The notes under the pieces are model-generated. The model searched no databases. It was not told the origin of the DNA and was given only the letters and a program-made list of their open reading frames with translations. Positions 50,890-62,889 of a stretch of DNA of 64,000 nucleotides are shown in pieces. The stretch covers positions 384,001 through 448,000 of the forward strand of contig CAVSHF010000005.1 in assembly GCA_963727805.1 (NCBI GenBank), read 5' to 3'. The position numbers and the translations under genes were made by a program. Origin of the DNA: an uncultured Nitrospiraceae bacterium (GTDB taxonomy: Bacteria > Nitrospirota > Thermodesulfovibrionia > Thermodesulfovibrionales > Dissulfurispiraceae). Position 1 is the stretch's first letter. Each line of letters starts with the position of its first letter.

Positions 50890-52086
50890 ATGCGCCAGTC
50901 TCGTGGTGTGGAGGTGGCGGATATCTTACGCCGCTACGGCTCCGATTATCGGCAGTCTCATTCCTTGCCTCTTCGTCATCTGCGGGCCATGCACGCCGTG
51001 GAGATATGCAGGACGGCAGCACTCGGAGGCCATAGGGACAAGTGCGAGGATTGCGGCCACGTCGAGATATCCTACAACTCCTGCCGGAACAGGCACTGTC
51101 CCAAATGCCAGACCCTGAAAAAAGAACAGTGGATTGAGGCCAGACAACAGGACCTTTTGCCCATCCAGTACTTCCATGTAGTTTTCACTATCCCGTCGGA
51201 ACTCAATCCGGTTGTCATAATGAATCAGAAGGTCATGTATGATCTGCTGTTCCGTTGTGTCTCCGAAACTCTCACCGAACTCTCAAATGACCAGAAGCAT
51301 CTCGGTGCCCGCATCGGCTTCATCAGCATCCTTCATACCTGGGGGCAGAATCTGATGGACCATCCCCATATCCACTGTGTCGTCACCGGAGGCGGCCTGT
51401 CTTGCGACGGAGACAGTTGGGTATCCTGCCGCAAAGGCTTCTTCATTCCGGTCAGGGTAATGTCGGCGTTGTTCCGGGGAAAGTTCCTCGATCATCTGAA
51501 AAGGATCTTTGAAGCGGGTGATCTTATCTTTCCCGGAGGAATAAGTCATCTCGGCGATTCCCATACCTTCGAGATGCTCAGAAGAAAGCTTTATCACAAG
51601 AAGTGGGTTGTCTACTGCAAACCGCCCTTCGACGGAGTTGGCGGCGTCCTGCAATATCTCGGCCGATATACGCACAGGATCGCCATCAGCAACAATCGTA
51701 TAATCGAGGCCGAAAACGGCAAGGTCTCGTTCAAATGGCGTGATTACGCAGATGACGATAAGCACAAGGTGATGACTCTGCAGGCCGATGAGTTCATCAG
51801 AAGATTCCTTCTGCATGTACTGCCGAATCGATACGTTCGGATAAGGCACTTCGGCCTGCTGGCAAACAGGAAACGTAGAGATAACATTGCTGCATGCCGC
51901 GAGCTTCTTGACAGTCACAACACCGTAATGAAAGAGCAGGACAAGCCTGAGACCTGGCAGGAACAGCTGCTAAGGATCTGCGGCATTGACGTCACCACCT
52001 GCCCCGTTTGCAAAAAAGGCAAGATGCGCCGAATTGAGATTCTGCCTCCCCGCCGCTGCAACGATCCTCCGGAGCAATGCCGATGA
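50890..52086 (+). CDS. IS91-family Y2/HUH transposase
   Basis: Protein identical to the other copies. Confidence 0.92.
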   Translation: MRQSRGVEVADILRRYGSDYRQSHSLPLRHLRAMHAVEICRTAALGGHRDKCEDCGHVEISYNSCRNRHCPKCQTLKKEQWIEARQQDLLPIQYFHVVFTIPSELNPVVIMNQKVMYDLLFRCVSETLTELSNDQKHLGARIGFISILHTWGQNLMDHPHIHCVVTGGGLSCDGDSWVSCRKGFFIPVRVMSALFRGKFLDHLKRIFEAGDLIFPGGISHLGDSHTFEMLRRKLYHKKWVVYCKPPFDGVGGVLQYLGRYTHRIAISNNRIIEAENGKVSFKWRDYADDDKHKVMTLQADEFIRRFLLHVLPNRYVRIRHFGLLANRKRRDNIAACRELLDSHNTVMKEQDKPETWQEQLLRICGIDVTTCPVCKKGKMRRIEILPPRRCNDPPEQCR

Positions 52087-52444
52087 AAACCGTGGTCGTT
52101 TCAAAAATCGCCTCAATATCGCCCCGCGAAAAAAACATCTCTTTTCGCAACACGGTCTTGTTGTCCGAAAACGCCACTTTCGGCCCTTGCACATCATCGC
52201 AAAGGTCAAACAGGGGCATTAAAGACGCTGCCTATCAGCCTTGTTCAGCAAGACTTGCTCCTATATATCCTAAAAGATGCCACTGCCGATAGTATAAGGA
52301 AGGATAATCTTCGATTGAATTGACATATCCGCACAGCGGCTTAGTCCTTCACACGTCAATCCGCAACTTCGCAGCGGATTGACGCTTATTCGTACCCAAG
52401 AATTTGATTTCAACAGTTATTTTCCGAAATCATCATTTTTGGTG

Positions 52445-53896
52445 AGATAGCCGTGGTGTTGACTTTCAGTCAACTATACAGCAGCCACCTCCTTTTTAAA
52501 CGGGATTCTGTTTGTAAGCATAGAGAAGATAACCCTGATCAGCTTGTGAGTGGTGGCCATTAATGCCTTCATCTTAGGCAATCCTTCAGCGATTCGTCTA
52601 AGGTAATATTCTCTGAATATATTGTCAGATCTTATTGTACAGAGTGTAATAAGATGGCTGATGCGCCTCATATGACGATTCCCTCGTTTTGATATTTTAC
52701 TTGGCCCCACATGCTTCCCTGACTGATGAGTCGATGGATCGAGCCCCATGTAAGCTATCAAACTCTTATATGATTTGAAGTTGGACAGCTCTCCCATCTC
52801 AGCCAGAAAGCTGCTGCCAAGAATGTCTTTCACCCCATCGAGAGTCTTCATTATCTCAAGATCTTCGATCCGTGTTGCCTCACACGCATCCACCAATGCC
52901 TCGGTAATCTTCTCACACTTCTCCTGAAGATACAGGATCGTGGTTGCCTTCTCAGAGACAATGAGCTCCTTCGCTTTACCAGCTGAGCCCACCGAGCGCT
53001 TTGCAGCAGCAATAAGATCGTCGGCACTAATCTGGACCCTCTTGCGCTTCTCCCCAGGGCAGATGAGCGCTTTGTCGATATCTTTCCTCTTGGCCTCCCG
53101 AATTAATCTGGCTGAAGGATACTGCCTAATAAAGTTCAGCATCGTATCAGTGTAAATATTCTTGCGGAGTGTCTCAAACTCAGGGAAAGTGCTCTGCAGC
53201 AGCCGTTTGAGGTCATTCTTAAGTGTTGCGATCAGCCATGACTGAGACTCTCTTTCCCTGGCCAGATCCCTGAGATCCTGTGCATCCTGGGACTCGGTCA
53301 CGGAGTAAAGCTTCTTTTCATTGTTCAGAAGAAACTGCGCTATGGTCATCGCATCCTTCTTATCTGTCTTGGTCTTTCTCAATGACCCCTGAACAAACTT
53401 GGATATTAGAAGCGGATTGACTACCGCACAACGAAGTCCCTCCGCACATAGGAAGGAAAAGAGGTTGATATGATAACAGCCGGTGGACTCCATCGTAACA
53501 GCAATATCATCCAGGTTCACAGCGCATCTTTTAATCGCAGTCCGAAGCTCTGCGAACCCCGCTGAGTCCATTGAGAACCTTAAATAAAAAAGCTTCTTTT
53601 CGTCACTGTCGATGCTTTGGGCAGTCGAGTGCTCTTTTGACACATCGATGCCAATGAATGCTTTGCTCATTTCCAAGCGCCTCCCACATAGGATCTTAGG
53701 CAGGATGCCTCCCAACCATATCTCCATGTTTACAAGAGCTCTTAGCCCGATCAACTTATCATGGTTTTTGGGAGGCAGGGAACTGACTGAAAAAAGGATT
53801 CAATGACCCTGTAGCAAACCACGTTCTCCTGCCTCTTTATGAACGGTTAACAACCGTCCATATTATCGTTATACCATATTTGATGTGTAGGAGTAG
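52445..53896 (-). mobile_element. IS110-family element B (diverged paralog of A), with 5' non-coding end at 53671-53896
   Basis: Ends homologous to 15184-16634; CT at both ends. Confidence 0.85.
52474..53670 (-). CDS. IS110 transposase/recombinase
   Basis: GIDVSK, MESTG, KTDKKDA, HQSG. Confidence 0.93.
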   Translation of the reverse strand: MSKAFIGIDVSKEHSTAQSIDSDEKKLFYLRFSMDSAGFAELRTAIKRCAVNLDDIAVTMESTGCYHINLFSFLCAEGLRCAVVNPLLISKFVQGSLRKTKTDKKDAMTIAQFLLNNEKKLYSVTESQDAQDLRDLARERESQSWLIATLKNDLKRLLQSTFPEFETLRKNIYTDTMLNFIRQYPSARLIREAKRKDIDKALICPGEKRKRVQISADDLIAAAKRSVGSAGKAKELIVSEKATTILYLQEKCEKITEALVDACEATRIEDLEIMKTLDGVKDILGSSFLAEMGELSNFKSYKSLIAYMGLDPSTHQSGKHVGPSKISKRGNRHMRRISHLITLCTIRSDNIFREYYLRRIAEGLPKMKALMATTHKLIRVIFSMLTNRIPFKKEVAAV

Positions 53897-53929
53897 CACC
53901 AATTCAGCGGCCTCGATATTGCTGCCGCG

Positions 53930-54034
53930 ATGACTTCGACATGTATCCGAGCTCGCCAATTTATTGGCTATGGTGTCAGATTTTTTTGGAAATAAATGGT
54001 GGCTCTCGTAGCAGATGATGAAGAGTACGTGCAG
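53930..54034. repeat. 105-bp direct repeat, copy 2
   Basis: Matches 49732-49836. Confidence 0.88.
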
Positions 54035-54351
54035 AAAGCAATAGTTTGCTTGATCTATTTTTCTGTCTGTCCGGAGAGCATATTCTCACAGACCCTGGTT
54101 TATTATTGTCAAGTACTTTCCCTTCCCCTTCTATGGGAACTCATTGGATATCGCATTATATGTTCCTTATGCTTAATTGGTGTAGCACCTTGCCCAACAC
54201 TGGTGATTTGAGGGTCTCTACAGAGCCCTAACCTTGCTTCATTGAGACTAAGATGCAAGCGGGGAGTTATGCATGCTACGAATGAGGGTCGGCTCAGCCG
54301 CCTTTGGGTCTGTGATGATAATCTCCCCGCCCTATGCGCCCAAAGTATGAC

Positions 54352-55608
54352 TTATGCAGCCTCCTGTAACAATGTTATTGAGAAGTCTTTTCTGTACACG
54401 CTTTGATCACGCACGATGGCGAATATGATACCAAGAAGTTTCCTTGCAACGGCGATCAAAGCTTTGATCTTGGGCATTCCACGCTGGAGGTACTGTTGAT
54501 ATGGATGATGCATTATTCCTCCTCGGCGCACTGCATTGAGTGCGGCAAAGAACAAGAGTTTACGCAGAAGTGGCCGGCCTCGCTTGGATATGTGCCGTTT
54601 CCCCTGATGTTTACCCGAACTGATCTCATACAGGTCCAGGCCAGCGAGCTTCAGAATCTCTGAGAGGGTTCCAAACTTACGAAAATCACCAACCTCACCA
54701 ATAAGACCGGCAGCTGTGACCTCCTTGATACCCTTGATCGACAGGATCGAATCACTGTATGGGATCTGTTTCAGGTAATAGGCCATCTCTTTTTCCAGAC
54801 TCTCGGTAAAGGACTCAGCTGCATCCATGATAACAAGAAGCTCTCGCATCTCACGGATAATGCTTGCCATGCCTTCGGTCACGCCGACAGATGTTTGAGC
54901 GGCCTCAAAGAGGGCCTTGGCACGGTCTTCCTTAAGTTTTCCACGGCTTATCTTTCTGAGTGTTTTAGTCAAATTATCAAGACCATACTCGACAATATCC
55001 TTTGGTGCCGGACACAGCCTAAGTAGATATCGGGAGCTTAAGATTTTCATATCCTTCATGACATGCAAGAATTCCGGGAATACGATCGCAATCAGACTCT
55101 GGAGTTGATTCACTGAAGCTACAAAACGCTCATTGCTCCTTTCCCTGGCCTGCGTGAGCCTCCGAAGCTCTGCAGCCGGACCTTCCGGTATCACAACTGT
55201 CAGAGCGTGGCCAAGAGCCATGATATCGGCAATGACCTTTGGATCTTTTTGATCGGTCTTGTGAGGCGAATTGCCCTGCAAATCCTTCCCCCTCTTGGTG
55301 TGCATAGGGTTAACCTGTACCATATGCACTCCTCTTGCGCGCATGAAATGCACCAAAGGCTCTGCGAACGAACCAGTAGATTCGTATCCAAACACAATGT
55401 TATCAAGATTATAGAGATTCTTGGCATGCAACACTTGGTTCCAGAACTCTTGAAAACCACCGCCGTTGTTCCAGAAAGCAAAAGGCTTCACATCGGTTCC
55501 GTCCGGACAGCGCCAGTACCCAAAATGTTTGTCTTTGCTCATATCAACACTCACGATCAGGGTTTGTCCGTTGACTACTTTAATCTTTTTTGTTTTAATC
55601 TTATTCAT
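54352..55608 (-). CDS. IS110 transposase (element C, approx. 54090-55720)
   Basis: SVDMSK, YESTG, KTDQKD, ISSG...SKRGR. Element ends are approximate. Confidence 0.9.
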   Translation of the reverse strand: MNKIKTKKIKVVNGQTLIVSVDMSKDKHFGYWRCPDGTDVKPFAFWNNGGGFQEFWNQVLHAKNLYNLDNIVFGYESTGSFAEPLVHFMRARGVHMVQVNPMHTKRGKDLQGNSPHKTDQKDPKVIADIMALGHALTVVIPEGPAAELRRLTQARERSNERFVASVNQLQSLIAIVFPEFLHVMKDMKILSSRYLLRLCPAPKDIVEYGLDNLTKTLRKISRGKLKEDRAKALFEAAQTSVGVTEGMASIIREMRELLVIMDAAESFTESLEKEMAYYLKQIPYSDSILSIKGIKEVTAAGLIGEVGDFRKFGTLSEILKLAGLDLYEISSGKHQGKRHISKRGRPLLRKLLFFAALNAVRRGGIMHHPYQQYLQRGMPKIKALIAVARKLLGIIFAIVRDQSVYRKDFSITLLQEAA

Positions 55609-56049
55609 GGCTATACTCCTTTCTTTGGTTCGGATTTAACCAACTCGCCAATTGGCTCCAAATCAAGAAAGAGTATAGCCTTTTTAAATGGCCATCACTA
55701 CCCTTCTTAAATATAGCAAGCTACGAACCCACGTCTTCAAATACATGACCAAGGTAATGCAGCGTCTTCATTAATGAAGGCTGTCTGCTCATAGCGCCCA
55801 CAACCCGGCGTATCCGGGACTGCGGTTTAAAGAAACATGCAGCTAGCTGCGATTTTGTGGCAATCTACAGTACTGCGCCGGCAAAGACCGATAGCTTCAA
55901 TGGTGCGGATCTGCCCGTCTCATAGCGTGGTCCTGGGTCACGTCTGCGACATTGGTGAGTCCGGCTATGCCAGACATCCCGTTTGAGAGATTGATCAGAG
56001 TGACGTACCCGTACCGGCGTAGCATTCTGGTGAGATAACGGAGGGAACT

Positions 56050-57396
56050 GTGGGAAGAAGACATCGTGCTTTGACATTGAAGCATCCAAATGCTGCTGGT
56101 ATCGATGTAGGTGCAGAAAGCCATTTTGTGGCAGTACCGCCAGATCGGGACGATGAACCGGTACGGGAGTTCAGGAGTTTTACTGAAGATTTACACCGCA
56201 TAGCGCAGTGGTTGTCTAACTGTGGAGTGGACATAGTGGCGATGGAGTCCACGGGGGTCTACTGGATATCGTTGTATGAGTTCTTAGAGTCAAAAGGATT
56301 CACGGTATATCTGGTGAATGCGCGACATGTCAAAAATGTTTCTGGTCGCAAATCGGATGTATTGGATTGTCAATGGATACAGCAGTTGATGAGTTATGGG
56401 CTTTTGTCGGGTGCCTTTAGGCCTGCAGATGAGATATGCGCATTGAGAGCAGTGTCACGGCAAAGGGAGATGCTTCTTAAGTATCAATCTCAGCATGTAC
56501 AGCACATGCAGAAGGCTCTTGCGCAGATGAATATTCAGATAGTCAATGTTATTGCAGATATCGTAGGGGAGACTGGACAAAAGATAGTGAGAGCAATAAT
56601 CGCTGGAGAGCGTGACCCCTATAAGCTTGCAAGCCTGAGGAACTACCGAGTAAAAGCGAGCGAGGAAGAGATAGCAAAATCATTGCAAGGCAACTGGCGT
56701 CAAGAGCATTTGTTTGCACTTAAACAGGCCGTTGCATTATTTGATGCATACTCGGAGCAGCTTCGTCAGTGTGATTGCCAGCTCCAGAAGATGCTTCAGG
56801 AACTGAAGCGGTATGATGGAGAGCCTACATCTATATATAGTAAAGCGAGATCTCGCAAAAAGAACGAGCCTCAGTTTGATTTGAGGTCATATCTGGTAGG
56901 GATGTGCGGAGTGGATTTGACCCGCATTGATGGAATAGAGGTAACGACTGCGTTGAAAATAATGTCGGAGGTGGGTCCGGATCTGTCGCGGTTTCCATCC
57001 GTAAAGCACTTCACTTCATGGCTGGGTATATGTCCTGGCACTAAGATATCTGGTGGAAAGAAATTATCCGGGAAATCCAGAGCTGGCGCTAACCGTGCAG
57101 CTCAGGCGTTAAGATTAGCCGCTCATGCATTACGTGCGAGCAAGTCGGCATTGGGAGCCTACTATCGTCGTCTATGCTCCAGATTAGACAAAGCCAAAGC
57201 AATTACAGCTGCTGCACATAAATTGGCCCGACTAGTTTATACAATGCTTACAAGGGGAACAGAATATGTGGACAAGGGGCAGGAATACTACGAAGAACGT
57301 TATCGACAGCGTGTTGTCCATAACTTGAACAAAAAGGCTGCGGCTATGGGTTTCGTTCTTATGCCGGCTCCGGAGAAGGCCTGTGGAATGCCATGA
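56050..57396 (+). CDS. IS110 transposase (element D, approx. 55866-57419)
   Basis: AGIDVG, MESTGVYW, RKSDVLD, KISGG. About 180-bp 5' non-coding end. Confidence 0.92.
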   Translation: MGRRHRALTLKHPNAAGIDVGAESHFVAVPPDRDDEPVREFRSFTEDLHRIAQWLSNCGVDIVAMESTGVYWISLYEFLESKGFTVYLVNARHVKNVSGRKSDVLDCQWIQQLMSYGLLSGAFRPADEICALRAVSRQREMLLKYQSQHVQHMQKALAQMNIQIVNVIADIVGETGQKIVRAIIAGERDPYKLASLRNYRVKASEEEIAKSLQGNWRQEHLFALKQAVALFDAYSEQLRQCDCQLQKMLQELKRYDGEPTSIYSKARSRKKNEPQFDLRSYLVGMCGVDLTRIDGIEVTTALKIMSEVGPDLSRFPSVKHFTSWLGICPGTKISGGKKLSGKSRAGANRAAQALRLAAHALRASKSALGAYYRRLCSRLDKAKAITAAAHKLARLVYTMLTRGTEYVDKGQEYYEERYRQRVVHNLNKKAAAMGFVLMPAPEKACGMP

Positions 57397-57754
57397 GATT
57401 TAAAGCTGTTTCTTGAGAGAGAAGATCGGGTTTGAGGATGGCACCTGTTATAGATACATTGCAGCATACTACGCGGGGGTAGACACGGGATTAGAAAAGT
57501 CTTGCTTTTTTAACATAGAAGTAATTGAGATTAGACACTACACGGCAATTACGCTTCATTATAAACAGCAATCATCAGGGGCGTATCAAGACTGCACGGA
57601 CTACTGCCCACCATTACTGCCCACCATATGGTTCTTGGCGGTCGCAAGATTTCCGATGCAAACGTGCGTGCCCCCCGCCTAAGCTCGCTTGTGAGGTTCC
57701 TCCAGAACCTTATCATATCAGAACAAAATTTTCTGACTGATCATCAAAAATGGG

Positions 57755-57815
57755 TTGACAAAAAAAGAAAATGGGCAGTAGTATAAACTCTGTTATGTTA
57801 ACATATCATCGTTAA
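57755..57815 (+). promoter_or_regulatory. Promoter and probable TetR operator
   Basis: TTGACA-N18-TAGTAT; palindrome ATGTTAACAT at 57795-57804. Confidence 0.55.
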
Positions 57816-57825
57816 GGAAGCTTTA

Positions 57826-58437
57826 ATGGGAATCCAACAAAAAAGGTCCAAGTACAGGGAGGAGTTTCGCAGAGAGATTCTGGCTGAAGCCCGTAAACTT
57901 TTTATAACTGAGGGCTACGAAAAGTTCACTATGCGTAAGCTCGCCGGGAAAATAGACTATTCTCCGCCCACCATTTATCTTTATTTCAAAAACAAGGATG
58001 ATTTACTATTAGCTATATGTGAAGAAGTTGCGGAACAATATTTTGCAAACCTTAAACTTATAAGGGCGCGTTACACCGATCCTCTCCAGACCCTTCGTCA
58101 AGCTTTACTGTACTTTATAGAGTTCGGATTCAGTAACCCTCAACAATATAAAGTATTTTTCTCCATGAACCCGGATCTTTATGGCAAGAAAGAGGAGTTT
58201 ATGGAAAAGGAGTCCATGGCGAAAAATTCTTATCTTATATTCAGGGAAATTGTGCAGGATTGCATTGATGCAGGCAGGCTTCAGGCGATGGATACAGATG
58301 TGATGACGCAGTCTTTTGCTGTAGCGGTTCAGGGTCTTGTCCTGATGACAATCTACAGAAAAAGTTTTCCATGGGCGGACCGGAATTTGTTAGCTTCTGC
58401 CTTGGTAGATTGTTTGCTTAGAGGGTACCTAAAGTAA
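57826..58437 (+). CDS. TetR/AcrR-family regulator
   Basis: ARKLFITEGYEKFTMRKLAGKIDYSPPTIYLYFKNKDDL HTH. Confidence 0.93.
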   Translation: MGIQQKRSKYREEFRREILAEARKLFITEGYEKFTMRKLAGKIDYSPPTIYLYFKNKDDLLLAICEEVAEQYFANLKLIRARYTDPLQTLRQALLYFIEFGFSNPQQYKVFFSMNPDLYGKKEEFMEKESMAKNSYLIFREIVQDCIDAGRLQAMDTDVMTQSFAVAVQGLVLMTIYRKSFPWADRNLLASALVDCLLRGYLK

Positions 58438-58481
58438 CTTATAACGTTGTTATGTATTTTTCACTCATGGAGGAAGTTGAC

Positions 58482-59705
58482 ATGACGCTTTTGGAGATGC
58501 TCATACTGAACAAGAAGAAATCCAGCATAATTGCTGTCACTGGAATACTTGCCGCATCTCTTTTTATTGCAGGATGCAAAGACCGGAGTGCTGCAGTCGG
58601 CAATGCGCAAAGCGCACCGCCCGAGGTAAACGTTGTCGCTGTGAAGCCTCATCGCGTGGCGCTTTCAACAGAGCTTCCGGGCCGAACGTCCGCATATTTT
58701 ATTGCTGAGGTGAGACCGCAGGTGAGCGGCATCGTTAAGCAGCGGTTGTTTATCGAAGGTGCTGATGTGAAGGCAGGCGAGGTGCTCTATCAGATAGATC
58801 CTGCCACCTATCAGGCGTCTTTCAACAGTGCAAAGGCCGCACTTGATAAATCCGAAGCCAATCTTGTACCTGCCCGGCTTAAGGCTGAGCGGTACAAAGA
58901 TCTTGTCAAGATCAACGCGGTCAGTCAGCAGGACTACGACGATGCAAGTTCAGCGCTCAAGCAGGCTGAGGCCGATGTAGAGGCAAGTAAGGCAGCGGTC
59001 GAATCTGCGCGCATAAATTTGGCCTATACGAAGGTAACTGCACCCATCTCCGGACGGATCGGCCGGTCATCGGTAACCAGTGGCGCCCTTGTGACGGCCA
59101 ATCAGCCTGCCGCGCTGGCCACCGTACAGCAGCTCAGTCCCATTTATGTTGATGTCACCCAGTCCAGCGCAGACATGCTCCGCCTAAAACGGGATATAGC
59201 CAGCGGCCGTATGAAAAGCAGTGGCGTAGCGCAGACCCCGGTGAAGCTCCTGCTGGAGGACGGCAGTAGCTATCCGTTGGACGGAACCCTCAAGTTTTCT
59301 GAGGTCACAGTCGACCAGACAACAGGCTCCATCACCATACGAGCGGTATTCCCCAACCCAAAGAAGACCCTGCTCCCGGGGATGTTCGTCCGTGCGGTCC
59401 TGGAGGAGGGAGTCGATGAAAGCGCGATTCTTGTACCTCAAATAGGGGTCAGCCGGAACCCGGCAGGAGAAGCAACTGTCATGGTGGTGGGGAACGAAGA
59501 AAAGGCCGAGGCGCGCGTGATAAAAGTAGTCCGTACAGTCGGAGACTCCTGGCTGGTCAGCGACGGGCTCAAGACAGGCGACCGTGTCATCCTTGAAGGG
59601 ATTCAGAAAGTGCGACCCGGAATGCCCGTCAAAGCGGTCGCATCGGCGGACAGGGCAGACAACGCTCCAGCAGGTTCAGCGAATACTGCGGCAGCAAAGA
59701 AGTAG
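58482..59705 (+). CDS. acrA: RND periplasmic adaptor (AcrA/MexA-like)
   Basis: Lipobox [38 protein letters not shown]. Confidence 0.92.
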   Translation: MTLLEMLILNKKKSSIIAVTGILAASLFIAGCKDRSAAVGNAQSAPPEVNVVAVKPHRVALSTELPGRTSAYFIAEVRPQVSGIVKQRLFIEGADVKAGEVLYQIDPATYQASFNSAKAALDKSEANLVPARLKAERYKDLVKINAVSQQDYDDASSALKQAEADVEASKAAVESARINLAYTKVTAPISGRIGRSSVTSGALVTANQPAALATVQQLSPIYVDVTQSSADMLRLKRDIASGRMKSSGVAQTPVKLLLEDGSSYPLDGTLKFSEVTVDQTTGSITIRAVFPNPKKTLLPGMFVRAVLEEGVDESAILVPQIGVSRNPAGEATVMVVGNEEKAEARVIKVVRTVGDSWLVSDGLKTGDRVILEGIQKVRPGMPVKAVASADRADNAPAGSANTAAAKK

Positions 59706-59719
59706 GGCGGAGCGAATTC

Positions 59720-62700
59720 ATGGCAAAATTCTTTATAAATCGTCCTATTTTTGCATGGGTAATCGCAATCATGGTCATGCTGGCCGGCCTCCTTGCGATC
59801 CAGAAACTTCCGATTTCGCAGTACCCGCCTATCGCGCCGCCCCAAATTGCCATCAACGCGGTCTATCCCGGCGCCTCGGCGCAGACGGCGCAGGATACGG
59901 TCACACAAGTAATCGAACAGAAGCTCAATGGCATTGACAACCTGATATACATGGCTTCCACCAGCGACTCGGCTGGGGCTGTCAGCATTACCTTGACATT
60001 CAAGGCGGGGACCGACCCCAATATCGCCCAGGTGCAGGTTCAAAACAAGCTGCAGCTGGCCATGCCGCTGCTCCCCCAGATCGTGCAGCAGCAGGGGATT
60101 CAGGTGGTCAAGTCAGGCCGGAACTACCTGCTGGTTGTGGGACTGGTTTCAGAAGACGGCTCCATGGACCGCAATTCCCTGACCGACTACATGGTTTCCA
60201 ATATCCAGGATACCGTAAGCCGACTGAACGGAGTGGGTGAATTGATGGTGTTCGGGACCCAAAACGCCATGAGGATATGGCTTAACCCGGCGAAGCTGGA
60301 CAATTACCACCTGACAACCAATGACGTTATGAGCGCTCTGCAGACACAGAACGTCCAGGTATCGGCTGGCCAGTTTGGGGGGACTCCTGCTGTCAAAGGG
60401 CAGCAGCTTAATGCCACTATTATGGCTCGCACACTGCTGCAGACGCCGGACCAGTTTGGCAACGTCATCCTCCGGACCAACACTGACGGCTCGACAGTAA
60501 AACTCAGGGATGTAGCCGATTGTAAGATAGGCACCGAGAACTACGACATCCAGTCGTTCTACAATGGCAAGCCGTTAGGCGGAATGGCCATACGGATGGA
60601 CCCTGCGGCTAACGCACTGGAGACTGCAACCCGAGTCAAGGCAAAGATGGCGGAGCTCTCACAATACTTTCCACGGGGAATGAAGGTGGTCTATCCCTAC
60701 GATTCCACCCCCTTTGTGAAGATTTCGATCGAAGAGGTGGTACATACCCTTGTTATAGCTGTTTGCCTCGTTTTTATCATTATGTTCCTATTTCTTCAGA
60801 ATATTCGGGCGACTCTCATCCCCACCATAGCCGTGCCGGTAGTTCTCCTTGGGACCATGGGAGTGCTTGCTGCCAGCGGATTTTCAATCAACACCCTTAC
60901 CATGTTTGCACTGGTCATAGTCATCGGCCTTCTGGTGGATGACGCCATAGTGGTTGTGGAAAACGTAGAGAGAATCATGACCGAAGAGGGCCTCTCCCCC
61001 CATGACGCCACCATCAAGTCCATGGGACAGATAACCAGCGCCCTGTGGGGGATTGCCACCGTCCTGACTGCGGTCTTCCTCCCAATGGCTTTTTTCGGCG
61101 GTTCTACGGGCGTCATTTATCGCCAGTTTTCCATAACAATAATATCGGCCATGATCCTGTCAGTGCTGGTGGCCCAAATCCTGACCCCTGCCCTCTGCGC
61201 CACCATCCTGAAGCCTATTGCAAAGGGGCATCATGCCGGCGAGACCGGGTGGTTTGCCTGGTTTTTCCGCTATTTCAATCGGGTATTCGATTTCTGTCGG
61301 GGCAAATATGAAGGGATTGTAGGCCGTTCTTTCAAGAAGATTGTACGCTACCTGATCATTTACGGCGCTATAGTGGCAGCCATGGTCTACTTCGCCCTCC
61401 GTCTCCCGACTTCATTTCTGCCGGATGAGGACCAGGGATTCCTGCTCTGCCAGCTCCAGCTGCCTGCCGGCGCCACCATGGAACGGACCCTGCAGTCCTT
61501 AAAACTCATTGAGCGGCACTTCCTGGAGGATGAGAAGAAAACAGTTGAGGGGATCATAACCGTGGCCGGCTTCAGTTTTGCCGGGCGCGGGCAAAACATG
61601 GCGCTCGCATGGGTGAAGCTCAAAGACTGGAATGTGCGAAAAACCTCGGACCTGAAGGCCCCAGCCATTGCGGCGCGAGCGATGAAGGCTTTTTCGCAGA
61701 TTCGGGACGGTCTCGCATTTGCCTTCGCGCCGCCGGCGGTACTGGAGCTGGGGGTGGCCAACGGCTTTGATCTGCAGCTGCAGGACCGCGGAGGTGCAGG
61801 TCATGAGAAACTGATGGAGGCGCGCAACCAACTGCTTGGCATGGCGATGAAGGACCCGAAACTGACTGCGTTGCGGCCCAATGGCCAGGACGATTCTCCC
61901 CAGTTCAAACTCGATATTGATGACGTCAGGGCCGGGTCGCTTGGGATTCCACTGACCAATATCAACGATGTCCTTTCCACGGCATGGGGAAGCACATACG
62001 TCAACAACTTCATCCAGAACGGCCGGGTAAAGAAGGTTTATCTCCAATCGGATCCGCGATATAGAATGCTGCCAGAGGACTTCAACAGCTGGTATGTCAG
62101 CAACAAGGATGGCCAGATGGTGCCATTTTCGGCCTTTTCCAGTGCTCACTGGCAATACGGCTCGCCGCGACTCGAGCGGTACAACGGCCTCGCATCAGTA
62201 GAAATTCTGGGGCAGGCGATCCCAGGCGTGAGCACCGGCGAGGCAATGGCAGAGATGGAAAAGATGGCGGCCCAACTCCCGCCAGGGATAGGCTACGAGT
62301 GGACGGGACTATCGTATGAGGAAAGGAATGCAGGGGCACAGGCGCCGGCACTTTATGCAATCTCACTTCTGGTAGTCTTTCTCGCAGTAGCTGCATTGTA
62401 TGAAAGCTGGACGATCCCATTTGTCAATCTGCTGATGCTGCCGCTTGGCCTGGTCGGCGCTGTCACAATGGTTACGCTCCGCGGCCTGCCCAATGACGTT
62501 TATCTGCAGATCGGCCTTCTCACGACAGTCGGGCTTTCGACCAAAAATGCCATCCTGATCATCCAGTTCATCAAGGAACAGATGCGGCAGGGGCACGAAG
62601 TTACGGAGGCGACGCTGAACGCTGTAAAAATCAGGCTCCGGCCGGTTATTATGACATCCCTTGCCTTCTTTTTCGGCACACTGCCTCTTGCGCTTACCAA

Positions 62701-62884
62701 GGGGGCTGGCGCCGGGGCTCAAAATGCAATAGGCACCGCTGTGACAGGCGGATTGCTCTCTGCCACCTTCATCGACTTGGTCTTCATTCCATTTTTCTTC
62801 GTGCTGGTATCGCGCTTGTTTAGCCGTAAAATAAATAAAGCACACGCATCGACACCAGCTGCCGACAGTGCCGTGGAGGATTGA
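59720..62884 (+). CDS. acrB: RND efflux permease (AcrB/MexB-like)
   Basis: [45 protein letters not shown]. Confidence 0.95.
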   Translation: MAKFFINRPIFAWVIAIMVMLAGLLAIQKLPISQYPPIAPPQIAINAVYPGASAQTAQDTVTQVIEQKLNGIDNLIYMASTSDSAGAVSITLTFKAGTDPNIAQVQVQNKLQLAMPLLPQIVQQQGIQVVKSGRNYLLVVGLVSEDGSMDRNSLTDYMVSNIQDTVSRLNGVGELMVFGTQNAMRIWLNPAKLDNYHLTTNDVMSALQTQNVQVSAGQFGGTPAVKGQQLNATIMARTLLQTPDQFGNVILRTNTDGSTVKLRDVADCKIGTENYDIQSFYNGKPLGGMAIRMDPAANALETATRVKAKMAELSQYFPRGMKVVYPYDSTPFVKISIEEVVHTLVIAVCLVFIIMFLFLQNIRATLIPTIAVPVVLLGTMGVLAASGFSINTLTMFALVIVIGLLVDDAIVVVENVERIMTEEGLSPHDATIKSMGQITSALWGIATVLTAVFLPMAFFGGSTGVIYRQFSITIISAMILSVLVAQILTPALCATILKPIAKGHHAGETGWFAWFFRYFNRVFDFCRGKYEGIVGRSFKKIVRYLIIYGAIVAAMVYFALRLPTSFLPDEDQGFLLCQLQLPAGATMERTLQSLKLIERHFLEDEKKTVEGIITVAGFSFAGRGQNMALAWVKLKDWNVRKTSDLKAPAIAARAMKAFSQIRDGLAFAFAPPAVLELGVANGFDLQLQDRGGAGHEKLMEARNQLLGMAMKDPKLTALRPNGQDDSPQFKLDIDDVRAGSLGIPLTNINDVLSTAWGSTYVNNFIQNGRVKKVYLQSDPRYRMLPEDFNSWYVSNKDGQMVPFSAFSSAHWQYGSPRLERYNGLASVEILGQAIPGVSTGEAMAEMEKMAAQLPPGIGYEWTGLSYEERNAGAQAPALYAISLLVVFLAVAALYESWTIPFVNLLMLPLGLVGAVTMVTLRGLPNDVYLQIGLLTTVGLSTKNAILIIQFIKEQMRQGHEVTEATLNAVKIRLRPVIMTSLAFFFGTLPLALTKGAGAGAQNAIGTAVTGGLLSATFIDLVFIPFFFVLVSRLFSRKINKAHASTPAADSAVED

Positions 62885-62889
62885 TTGAT

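Larger units (their letters stand above)
49835..52392 (+). mobile_element. Tyrosine recombinase + IS91-family transposase element, copy 3
   Basis: Same 2558-bp length, ends and ORFs as copies 1 and 2. Confidence 0.92.
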
